From Parasitella parasitica NRRL 2501 (Eukaryota; Fungi; Mucoromycota), in assembly GCA_025201805.1 (NCBI GenBank), contig MU619238.1, positions 261,970 to 325,969 on the forward strand: a DNA stretch of 64,000 bases, read 5' to 3'. Positions 37,085 to 47,542 of the stretch are shown here, in pieces. The notes beneath the pieces were generated by a model. That model made no database searches. It was not told the origin of the DNA and saw only the letters and a list, made by a program, of their open reading frames with translations. A program made the position numbers and the translations under genes. Positions within the stretch are counted from its first letter, which is position 1. Every line of letters begins with the position of its first letter.

Positions 37085-39152
37085 TTACAATTCATCATGG
37101 TCTCTCAAAGGCTCATCAGCAGAACCAGCAGATCCATCAGCATACAACTTGGTAGTGATAGGATTAATAACCGACTCTAATTCTTCACGCTTCTCGTCAA
37201 AGTCTTCCTTGAGAGCAGTGGGGTTTTCATCGATCCAAGCAAGCTTGTCCTTGATAGCATCTTCAATAGACTCCTTTTCATCGGCAGAGATCTTCGTAGC
37301 AAGAACACCATCTTCGCTCAATTGACCCTTGACAGTGTAGATGTAGTTCTCCAACTTGTTCTTGGCTTCAGTGCGATCGCGAACGGCCTTGTCTTCTTCG
37401 GCAAATTCCTCTGCTTCTCTAACCATACGCTCAATGTCTTCTTCGGAAAGACGACCCTTGTCGTTGGTAATAGTGATAGATTCAGACTTGCCAGATGCCT
37501 TGTCAGCAGCGCTAACCTTCAAGATGCCGTTGGCATCAATTTCAAAGGTTACCTCTACTTGTGGGACACCACGGGGAGCAGGAGCGATACCGGTCAATTC
37601 AAACTTACCCAGAATGTTGTTATCTTTGGTCAAGGCGCGTTCACCTTCAAAGACTTGGATCAAGACAGTAGGCTGGTTATCGGCAGCAGTAGAGAAGATT
37701 TGAGACTTCTTGGTGGGGATAACAGTGTTACGGGGAATGAGCTTGGTCATTACGCCACCAGTAGTCTCAATACCGAGAGTCAAAGGGTTGACATCCAACA
37801 ACAAGACCTTATCAGAGGATTCCTCACCGGAAAGAATACCACCTTGGACAGCAGCACCGAAAGCAACAGCTTCGTCAGGGTTGATACCCTTGGAGGGCTT
37901 CTTACCGTTAAAGTAATCTTCGAGGAGTTTTTGAACCTTGGGGATACGAGTGGAGCCACCAACAAGAACAATCTCATCGACCTTGTCCTTGGCGATGCCA
38001 GCATCCTTGAGAACTTGCTCGACAGGCTTCAAAGTCTTGCGGAACAAATCGTTGTTAAGTTCTTCAAACTTGGCACGAGTCAGAGTCTCAGAGAGATCCT
38101 TGCCTTGGAAGAAGGATTCGATTTCGACGCGGACAGACATTTGAGAAGAAAGAGCACGCTTAGCATTCTCAACTTCACGCTTGAGCTTACTCATAGTCTT
38201 GAGATCCTTGGTAATGTCTTCGCCATCGTGCTTCTTCTTCCAGACCTTGATAAAGTGTTCAATGACACGGGCATCAAAATCTTCACCACCCAAATGAGTG
38301 TCACCAGCAGTAGCTAAAACTTCAAAGATGCCATCATCAATAGACAAGAGAGAGACATCAAAGGTTCCACCACCCAAATCGTAGACGAGCACGTTCTTCT
38401 CACCATCATTCTTGTCCAAGCCGTAAGCAATAGCAGCGGCAGTGGGTTCATTGAGGATACGAATAATGTTGAGGCCAGCAATAGTACCGGCATCCTTGGT
38501 AGCTTGACGTTGGGCGTCGTTAAAGTAGGCGGGAACGGTAACAACAGCATGAGTAACGGGCTTGCCGAGATAGGCCTCAGCAGTCTCCTTCATCTTGGTC
38601 AAAACCATACCAGAAATTTCCTCAGGAGTAAAGACCTTGTCCTCGTTCTTGACGGCAACCTTGATGTTGGGAGCACCGTTCTTGTTGACAATGGAGAAGG
38701 GGAAGTGCTTCATGTCTTGCTTGACTTCCTTATCGTTAAAACGACGGCCGATAAGACGCTTGGCATCAAAGACAGTACGCTCAGGGTTGGCAGAGAACTG
38801 ATTCTTGGCGGCATCACCGATCAGACGTTCGTCATCAGTGAAGGCAACATAGGAGGGGGTAATACGGTGACCTTGATCATTTGCAATAATTTCAACACGG
38901 CCATTCTTTTGAACAGCAACGCAAGAGTAAGTTGTACCCAAATCGATACCAATTACTACAGAAAAAAAGAAAAAAAAAACGCGAAACACACGGTTAATTG
39001 CTGTTTTATCACCATGAATATAGCGCCGTTGAAGACTACGTACCTGTGCCATAAGCTTCTTTATCTTCAGCGGCAGCTTGAACAGAGAATGTGCTGATGA
39101 ACAGCGCAAAAATAACGGCGAACAGGGCCAGCAATGAGGCCTTATTTTGCAT
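37085..39152 (-). CDS. KAR2: ER Hsp70 chaperone BiP/Kar2
   Basis: Signal peptide [18 protein letters not shown] in exon 1 (ATG 39152); [12 protein letters not shown] and other Hsp70 signatures; C-terminal HDEL. Confidence 0.98.
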
Positions 39153-39930
39153 TTTTTTTTTAAATTTTTATATGTAACTTTACGTTGAAGAAGGAAAAGC
39201 AAAAAAAAATCAGTCAGCTCAAGTACTTATTTATATAAGAAATCAGAAGTTTAAGGACGTCCATGTATCATTTCATGATTGGCTTAAACTGTATTTAATT
39301 TAGTTGACCGAACTTGAGCTTCTCCATTAACTCGCAATTTGGTCGAATCAGGATTGCCCATGTCAAATTGCACGATGCTACACCACCTACTATGCATTTC
39401 ATTAAGCGGGAATAAGTACTAATGCATTCAAATGTCGTCTCATCAGGGCAAGCATATCCATAATTGCCTCAATGGCCAAACAAGTTTCTTGAGTATTCTC
39501 CACCAATCCTTCTTTTAGGGAAGATTCGAGACCAGTGTTTGCATTGATAGTGGATGGAGAGTTGCTTCTACACTTTTCCATACAGTCACACAAAGCCAAA
39601 GACATCCGTTTACGTGTTGGTAAACAAAGATCAACAAGCTACGCAATACGCAAACAGATTTGATTTGTCAATGTTGCCTTTATTCTCGGCAAACCACATA
39701 ATGAAGCTATATTGTTCATTGAGTATTAAACCCATCTGATTACAGCCACATGTGCTTTCTAATCGTTTGTACATGTGAATGTATTATTATTTCTTTAAAC
39801 CCAGGAGGTAGCACTAAACTATGTGGAGCCTCATGCTTGGATTGCATGGCTCGACTACCAACATTTTCGCATCTCTAAAGCATAGCGGTATAGTGTGTGA
39901 TTTATTAAGAATATGCAATTTTGTATACAT

Positions 39931-42900
39931 TTATATAAACGGAATTGTATCCAAATCCAAATCATCTATTTCAGATTCGAGTAAATCATCATCAGCTAGC
40001 TTGTGTTCCTGTTGTTCTCCCTCTCCTTCTTCAAGTTCATCTTTCTTCACCGGGCTGTTAGTTACGTTTAGTTCACTATTACTTGGTGATCTTCTGGAAA
40101 ATACGCCGTTGATGACTTTACTCATGATGCCAGAAGAAGACCTTGCTCGGGTGGTAGGAGCGGTGCAAGTAATGTCATTATCATGCTCGATTTCAGAGGG
40201 TTTATAGTCATCAGGCAGTGACCGCGGGGATGCTAAATGGATAGAATCCGCATCATCTTGGGCCACTTGTACAGCTTCCGCAGTTAAATCAGGGGCACTG
40301 CTGTGCGATGAAAGCTTTTTGGCAGGTGGAGAGAGTGATTTTTTGACAGGTGCCGCCTTTTTAGAGGTAGTAGTGGAGCTGGAAGCTCTGGATGTGAAGC
40401 TGCGCAATATGCCTCGTTTGGGTTCTGGCTCGAAAGCGACGACAGACTCTTTGGGGAGACTTGTTGGATCAGGTTTGATTGGCTTTGGTTTAGGCGAGGT
40501 TGGCAGAGGCCCTTCTTCCTCTAGCTCAGGTATCTCGATATCAGGCATAGGAGGCTTCCAGAAATTGTAATCGCTGTATTCTTCCTGAATTGAATTGTCA
40601 ATGGGAGGAAAAATTTGGTCGACAAGGTCGTTCAAATGAACATATGAAGACTTGAAGCCAATCACCAGCTCTAATTTGACATTGCCTTGCGCATCGATTG
40701 TGAAGATCCTTGAGGATGGCACGCTTACGCTTCTATACGAGATAGCATCTGTGATGCGGTTGCCAAAGCCAGCGTAGAAGGGATCCCGACCACCAAAAAG
40801 CCTTTGTATGTCCCGCAAGCAAGCCATTTTGAACATTTCCGGCTTTCGTATGATAACTTCGCGATGCAAGGAAGTGAACAGTCTGTCTGGAGACATGATG
40901 ACAGGGCCATCAGGAAGCTGATAGTTGCCCTGCAGCACTTTTTTGAGGTAGTCTCTCGTATAATCTGCTTGTCCAATGGCTCGACTGGTAAGATACATGA
41001 AATGATATCCATTGTTGGCAATATCCGTGTATAGTTGAGCTACGCCTGGGTGAGTCCAATCCTTGCCGATCATTGTCATGAGGTGGCCCATTGTATCTGA
41101 CTTGGTGATTGTCCCATCAATGTCAGAAATCACTACCTGAATATCGTGGTCCCAGAAAAACACTTTAGCAACGCAAGTAGCTGTACCTTGATACGCTGAA
41201 CTGACAGAGAAACTGATTGTATTGACGCCCTTCTTTAAATTCAAATTCTTTAGTTGTTCAGATGTCAACCGTAGTGTTTTGGCGTAATTCTTTCGTTGTG
41301 CAAAGAACGGCCCGCTGTCATGAGTGTGGTCTGGGGACCAGCCTACAGATGTCGTTTTTGTCGTAGTAGTGAATGTCGTGCGCTCGCCACTGAACCCTGC
41401 ATCGTAAGCATTACCGCCACCTTCCTTTCCAGGCTCACTTTCACGCCCCAGTGTCGGTAGTGGCTCTGCTGATGATGTACGACTTAGCCATTGTCTCCAT
41501 CCGCGTCCATAAGAATAAGAGTAGGAATCACTACTATCAGATACTTTGTCGTTGGATGCATCTTGCTTTTCCAGCGGTTTTTTAAAGATCAATAATGATG
41601 TAAAAAGCGGGCTGTTTTTGACAGCAGCAAAATAATGGTTTCTGTATCGAAACACCAGTCGAGGATCATTCAAAATGCTTGGATTACGAACGAATGCATC
41701 ATAACTCACTTGCTGATCGTTAAATAGCAACGCATTCTCATTCTGGTCATAGCCAAATGCTGAAAACCCACATAAACTCATCTCTATGCGATAGGTTCGG
41801 CCAGACTTTAGCTTTACCGTTTCGTTTTCGTTTTCGTTTTGATCCTTAGAATCGTCTTTTGTCTCGTTAACTTTGTCATCGCCATCGCCATCGTCATCGT
41901 TGCCGTTGCCGTTGCCATTGCCATTGCCATTGTCGTTGTCGTTCTTGTTGCTGTCATCAGCGTAGGACATTCCCCAACCCCACGATTTGTTATCGACTGC
42001 TGGATCAGATGGCTCGGTAGGTACACCCTTTGTTCCTGCCGCATCATCTCCATGGCTTTTATCTGCCTCTTGACCCTTCTGCTCGGTCTTATAGCCAGAT
42101 ATGTCCAACACAATAGACTCCTTCTCTCCTGAGCTGTCATTCGGCTTTTTTGCTGGATTTTCCGATGGTGATGCAAAATCTTCGTCCACTGTGTGAGTGA
42201 CATCCATCCATAAAGAATTGAGATTGTTCTCTACTGGTCTAACAATGAATCTTTCTTTCGCTATGGTTGTGGTAGTAATCGCCTCAGGGGCTACTCGCTC
42301 TAGTAAAGTTGATCCGTCATCCATTGCGTATAAATTATTCTCAGGCTTAGGGTGATCGGCATAGTCATTGTGCTGAAGCGAGTCCATTTTGGTCACAACT
42401 TTATCCATCTGCTCCTCGATAATCATTTTTGGAGACTGCAGCTCAGCCGGTATCGCTGCATCATTGTCATTTTTACACTCGTCATCGTCAAAACTGTCTT
42501 TTGTCTGTTCAGAGGTATCTATAGCAATTTGGATAAACAATGACATGGTCACTTTACCGCTCGAGAGTTTTACCTTTTCCATCCTTATGCTCGCTGATAT
42601 CAAGGAAAGGAGGTTCCTTTGAAACAACATCAGCACATATAGCACCGTTTTGGATGTCTGGGGGAGCGCTTACCTCAACATCGGACCTATTTTCTGCCAA
42701 CGCTTGCAAAATGGGAGACGTTTGAAATTCTTCGGGGACTTCATGATCTGTTTCAAAGACGAAAAAGGCTTCCCCGGCCTCACCTACTTTCATCAAATAC
42801 GGTACTTGAGTACCGTTTACACTAATCTCGACCTAGCACCAGAGCAGGTTAGTAAGAGTCTTTACACACTGCGAGAACCCCAAATAATGGACGTGCCACC

Positions 42901-43176
42901 AACTCCGATCCACATTGTTCGCATTGACATGACAGTGCCCCCAGAAAATCTGTCATCTAGTCTGTAGTAGCAGTAGTAATAATTTACCTTTTTCTCTTGC
43001 GGCAAAAGAACGGATAGCTTTCCAAACCGAACATGGAAAGGAGAGCTTGCAAGTTCGCCGTTTTCTTGCTCGACTACAATGATGTCAATGGCTCCAGACA
43101 GCGTTGCAGGATTTATCTCATTGTAAAAGTTATTCAGTGAGGTGATGAGGCTGCCAATTCTTCCGACATAGTCCAT
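39931..43176 (-). CDS. PAH1: Lipin/Pah1 phosphatidate phosphatase, multi-exon
   Basis: N-LIP NPATLSGAIDIIVV...SSPFHVRFGK...MKVGEAGEAFFV; C-LIP HAD motif SDIDGTITKSD; YAGFGNRITD. Confidence 0.96.
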
Positions 43177-43356
43177 TTTGAGTATGTATAAATATGCTGA
43201 TTTTGTTGTTTGCGCTTGCTTGAAATAGGCAATTAGTTATTATTTATTATTAGTTGGATTACAATGATATATATTAAAAAGAAAGAAAGATAATAAAGAG
43301 GTACTGCAACAGGCCGCCTTGAAAATATAGACTTGTACATTGAAACTCCCTTATTC

Positions 43357-44039
43357 TTAGACATTATCAGCAGAGTCTAGCTCGATTGGAGAAGATAGCT
43401 TGGCCATGTAAGAAAAGGGATCAATAAGCTTGAGCTCGTCTTTGATGGCATTGCGTGCCAGCAGATCGAGCTCCTTGGTAATCATTGTAACAATTTTCTA
43501 CGGAAAACAAACATTTAGAAGATGCATGTTATAGTAATTGGTGTCTCACACGCACCTTGACTTTTCCATCGCATTTGAGAACCAGCTCAAAATAGGCTTG
43601 TGTGCAAATTGGCCCTTCAGTGCCTATGAGTAGCTTGTGATATGCCTCTGCCATGATATCGATCAGGGTAAAAAAGGTCTCTAAATAGTCCATTTCAAAC
43701 GGCTGTAATAAACAATAAGCTAAATGATCAGATCAGCATGCACAGAATACATTACAATATGCGGGATGATGAGATAGCCATAATCGCCTGTGTTGTCCAC
43801 TGCATTTTCATCTTTGGATTTCTTTCTAAAAATGTTTTTCTATTGTTCCATTTGCGGTAAGCATCAAGTGCAAGCGTTAGTATAGATCAAGTACCATCTT
43901 TTGCTTGGAATCGTCGCTAGTGTGTCTTTCGTATTCGTTCATAATCTGACTAAGAGCTTTGATATAATCCACAGGGTTCGTAATATCTAAAATTGCACCA
44001 AGCGATAAACCTAAAGCGTAGAAATTGTTCGTTCTACAT

Positions 44040-44079
<40 letters not shown>

Positions 44080-44345
44080 ACAGCCATTGAGCACAGATGT
44101 TATTCGCTGCATGTTTGGACTTACCTTTTGACCATGCTTGAGTTTGGATACATGTTTGTTAAATTATCTTTGGTCAACAGGATTGTGTTAAACCAGTGAG
44201 TGTTCCCTTCGTGCGCTTTTCTAATGTATTTGATAGTGGCTACTCTCTTGGATACAAGCTCTGCGAGATATTCATACAGTCCTGGATGGAGTTGATTACT
44301 AGCATTCGTAACAGAAGATGCGTATAGAGGCGAAGATGCTGCCAT
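43357..44345 (-). CDS. Conserved hypothetical helical protein, multi-exon
   Basis: Spliceable exons KRVATIKYIRKAHEGNTHWFNTILL, NFYALGLSLGAIL, PFEMDYLETFFTLIDI, FELVLKCDGKVK, ending ...SADNV*. Confidence 0.75.
44041..44081. repeat. (CA)n microsatellite in an intron
   Basis: About 20 CA units, nearly perfect. Confidence 0.9.
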
Positions 44346-44735
44346 TTTACTGTAGATGTTTGGTTGGGAAAAGATATTCCTTGTCTTGTCCTTGTATTCC
44401 CCTTATTTGATTCCATTATAGAAGCATTGCATATCGTCACGAAGGAGTCACACAAACTTGATTGCATCAAGATCATGAACCATAGGTACCGGCTTTTTCA
44501 TTCAAAAACGAGATACTTTAGCTTACCAAAAACATAAATCAATAAACTTCGTCTTGATCTAGGCTTCTTTTTGTTATATTAGAGCATCTCCAACGGAGAT
44601 GCTAAACAAAAGCCATTTAAAGCACCTTTTATTTTTTACTACCCGGAAATGTTTTGTCTGCTTTTTTGGTAATTGTCTCTGCTTGCTTATTGTTGCTTTG
44701 CTTTTTTGTCTCTGAAGCTCTTTGAATTACTCCCT

Positions 44736-45555
44736 NNNNNNNNNNNNNNNNNNNNNNNNNNNNNNNNNNNNNNNNNNNNNNNNNNNNNNNNNNNNNNNNN
44801 NNNNNNNNNNNNNNNNNNNNNNNNNNNNNNNNNNNNNNNNNNNNNNNNNNNNNNNNNNNNNNNNNNNNNNNNNNNNNNNNNNNNNNNNNNNNNNNNNNNN
44901 NNNNNNNNNNNNNNNNNNNNNNNNNNNNNNNNNNNNNNNNNNNNNNNNNNNNNNNNNNNNNNNNNNNNNNNNNNNNNNNNNNNNNNNNNNNNNNNNNNNN
45001 NNNNNNNNNNNNNNNNNNNNNNNNNNNNNNNNNNNNNNNNNNNNNNNNNNNNNNNNNNNNNNNNNNNNNNNNNNNNNNNNNNNNNNNNNNNNNNNNNNNN
45101 NNNNNNNNNNNNNNNNNNNNNNNNNNNNNNNNNNNNNNNNNNNNNNNNNNNNNNNNNNNNNNNNNNNNNNNNNNNNNNNNNNNNNNNNNNNNNNNNNNNN
45201 NNNNNNNNNNNNNNNNNNNNNNNNNNNNNNNNNNNNNNNNNNNNNNNNNNNNNNNNNNNNNNNNNNNNNNNNNNNNNNNNNNNNNNNNNNNNNNNNNNNN
45301 NNNNNNNNNNNNNNNNNNNNNNNNNNNNNNNNNNNNNNNNNNNNNNNNNNNNNNNNNNNNNNNNNNNNNNNNNNNNNNNNNNNNNNNNNNNNNNNNNNNN
45401 NNNNNNNNNNNNNNNNNNNNNNNNNNNNNNNNNNNNNNNNNNNNNNNNNNNNNNNNNNNNNNNNNNNNNNNNNNNNNNNNNNNNNNNNNNNNNNNNNNNN
45501 NNNNNNNNNNNNNNNNNNNNNNNNNNNNNNNNNNNNNNNNNNNNNNNNNNNNNNN
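44736..45555. other. Assembly gap (820 N)
   Basis: Run of N inside the TIR element. Confidence 1.
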
Positions 45556-46389
45556 AACACAATGATGACGAAAAGATAGAAGCTTTCACCATCAAGTCTT
45601 CACTTAAAACCACATGCACAAATACAACATTCATGAAATCAATTGACAACTTGGTGGAGTGCGCTACCAAAATTACCTATATAGGCTCATTATTTGCAAA
45701 CTTTATCATTCTGAAATGTGCAGACGCCAATGAAGATACGCCAATCATTAATCAAGATTTTGTTTATGCTATATTTTCCACCTTAGCAGGTAATGGGAGT
45801 AGGGCTCCTGAGTTCATCCGTCAATATTTTGAAGAGTTCAAAAATGCGTGCGAGATTGACGAGCAAATTTTAAAGTTTAGATGTTATAGAAAGAAGCAAA
45901 AAGCCTTCAGCGAAATAGTCAAGATGTTTACTAATGATAGCATCAAATACCGTACGAGTGACAACAACGAGAAACAACAATTCTTACTCCCGCCCTCCAC
46001 CACTTGATGGATCAGTTAAAGCAAATAAAACCATCATTGCCTATGGAGATGGAAAATTTTCACCCACCATGAGAGGCAAAAGATCTGGACCTACAAAGAC
46101 TATCATAAAAGCTCTTCAAAAATGTAAAGAAAATCGTGGTGTTACAGTCCAAATGGTAGACGAATACCTCACCAGTCAAGTCTGCAACAACTGCAAAAAA
46201 AGAAATGTTGAAAACGTTGTGCAACGATCAGCAAAGCGAAGAGTATTACAGTGTCAAGAAACCGCTTGTAATATTATTTGGAATCGCGATATAATGGTTG
46301 CAAAAAACATCCTCAACATATTTTTACATGAAGCAAGAAACAATGACGCTCGTCTTTCACCATTCCAGCGTTCTGAATCAAAAGAATAA
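45556..46389 (+). pseudogene. Fanzor1 (TnpB-related RuvC nuclease), internally deleted and frameshifted
   Basis: IIAYGDGKF; VDEYLTSQVCNNC (RuvC-II Glu + Zn finger); CQETAC; WNRDIMVAKNI (RuvC-III); N-terminal FTIKSSL...TYIGSLFANF joined directly to KFRCYRKKQKA near 45870 with no RuvC-I; frameshift near 45990. Confidence 0.85.
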
Positions 46390-46571
46390 TTGCAAGCATT
46401 GTGTGTCATTGACATTACTCTTTGATACGCCATGGGTATTCGGTTTATCCTATACACCATTAAAGGTGAGTAAAATTGTCCAAAAAAAAAAAGAAAGTAT
46501 CACTCTCTCACCAATTTTCTTTTGAAATTAGCACCTCCGTTGGAGATGCTCTTAAAGCAAAAAATCAATAC
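46390..46571 (+). ncRNA. Putative Fanzor omega-RNA scaffold plus flank-derived guide
   Basis: Lies between the Fanzor stop and the right TIR; three hand-identified stems (46411-46480, 46489-46523, 46530-46550); position matches the known TnpB/Fanzor omega-RNA arrangement; boundaries uncertain. Confidence 0.55.
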
Positions 46572-47542
46572 ACCATAACTATTCAAGTTGTAATCTGCAT
46601 GATCTTCGTAGGAATCAAGTTTGAATTAGCAAAATGACAGCCCATTAACACCCTATCTTAACTGATAATTTACCATTTGATTCCTCCAGCTATTTCTCTA
46701 AAAATGGTTGTATAATTCCCAACTCGATCTACCTAACGTTTTGCTAGCATCCTTTTTCCTTGACCAATCGATGATCCGTTTATAACATTGATATGTAGCC
46801 TTCACAGTCATTTCTGTATTTGTGTTACAGTCCTTATGTCAATGCCAACTGAATGCAACTGGCTCCATCCTACAGTGACTATATGATAAAATAATGTTGA
46901 GCCTTTGATCTATACTCAAAAATTCTTTATACTAAATTTAACGTTGTGCAGCTGTAATAGCCGCAATTGATTGATCTAACAATAGTTTTAATGCAACTGA
47001 TAAAATAGAGTTAGGAAGCCCTATAAAATGTATTTATGAGTTTGGCTCGAGTTGAGCCAAGTATTTCCTGCAGCTATAAATGCATACGATGATCCAGTTG
47101 CAGACTGCATACATCTGATGCTACATAGACATGGATCGATAGACATTTCACAAACACAACCATTAATGGAAGTTTCCTTCATATGTAAATACGATCCAAA
47201 TGTGAGATCAACCAAGTGCAATATTCTAATAAATTGATGTTGTACAGGTATTTATGTTTACATGCATACAGAAAACTTACTATATCCGGACTTTCTTCCT
47301 AAACTCGGTTGAGGCATCCATGCGCATCGGTCCTATAGCTTGATCCGCAGGACCTGACAACATTTTCATATAACCATATAAACAAGTCGATTCAATGCAT
47401 TAGGATATGCCTGTAAGCAATCCCTTTTTCTTTTTTTTTTCTTAACAAACTGATAATAGTTTGTTAAAATCCTCTCTCTCTCTCTCTCTCTCCTCTTTTC
47501 TTTTCTTTCCTCTCCTAGCAAACCACCAGTCCTAAATTCAAA

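Larger units (their letters stand above)
44582..46551 (+). mobile_element. Non-autonomous PIF/Harbinger-like DNA transposon carrying Fanzor1
   Basis: TIRs GAGCATCTCCAACGGAGATGCTAA (44582-44605) and TTAGCACCTCCGTTGGAGATGCTC (46528-46551), 23/24 match; TTA TSD at 44579-44581 and 46552-46554; Fanzor remnant inside. Confidence 0.9.

Noticed and set aside
37322-39097. Long + strand ORFs (331 aa, 197 aa) antisense to BiP
   Set aside because: Long antisense ORFs are a common by-product of biased codon usage in Hsp70 genes; no independent motifs
39250-39285. UPRE/ERSE-like site (GGACGTCC plus CCAAT) upstream of BiP
   Set aside because: Plausible position, but the match is short and the spacing does not fit CCAAT-N9-CCACG
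41870-41945. GCCATT/GCCGTT/GCCATC tandem repeats
   Set aside because: Coding low-complexity Asn-Gly/Asp-Gly tract in the disordered lipin linker
13988-43176. Lipid-metabolism gene cluster (GDPD, desaturase, carotenoid oxygenase, lipin)
   Set aside because: Different pathways, interspersed with unrelated housekeeping genes; no sequence evidence of clustering
44673-45670. ORFs spanning the N run
   Set aside because: Artefacts of the assembly gap; only the + frame after 45556 is meaningful
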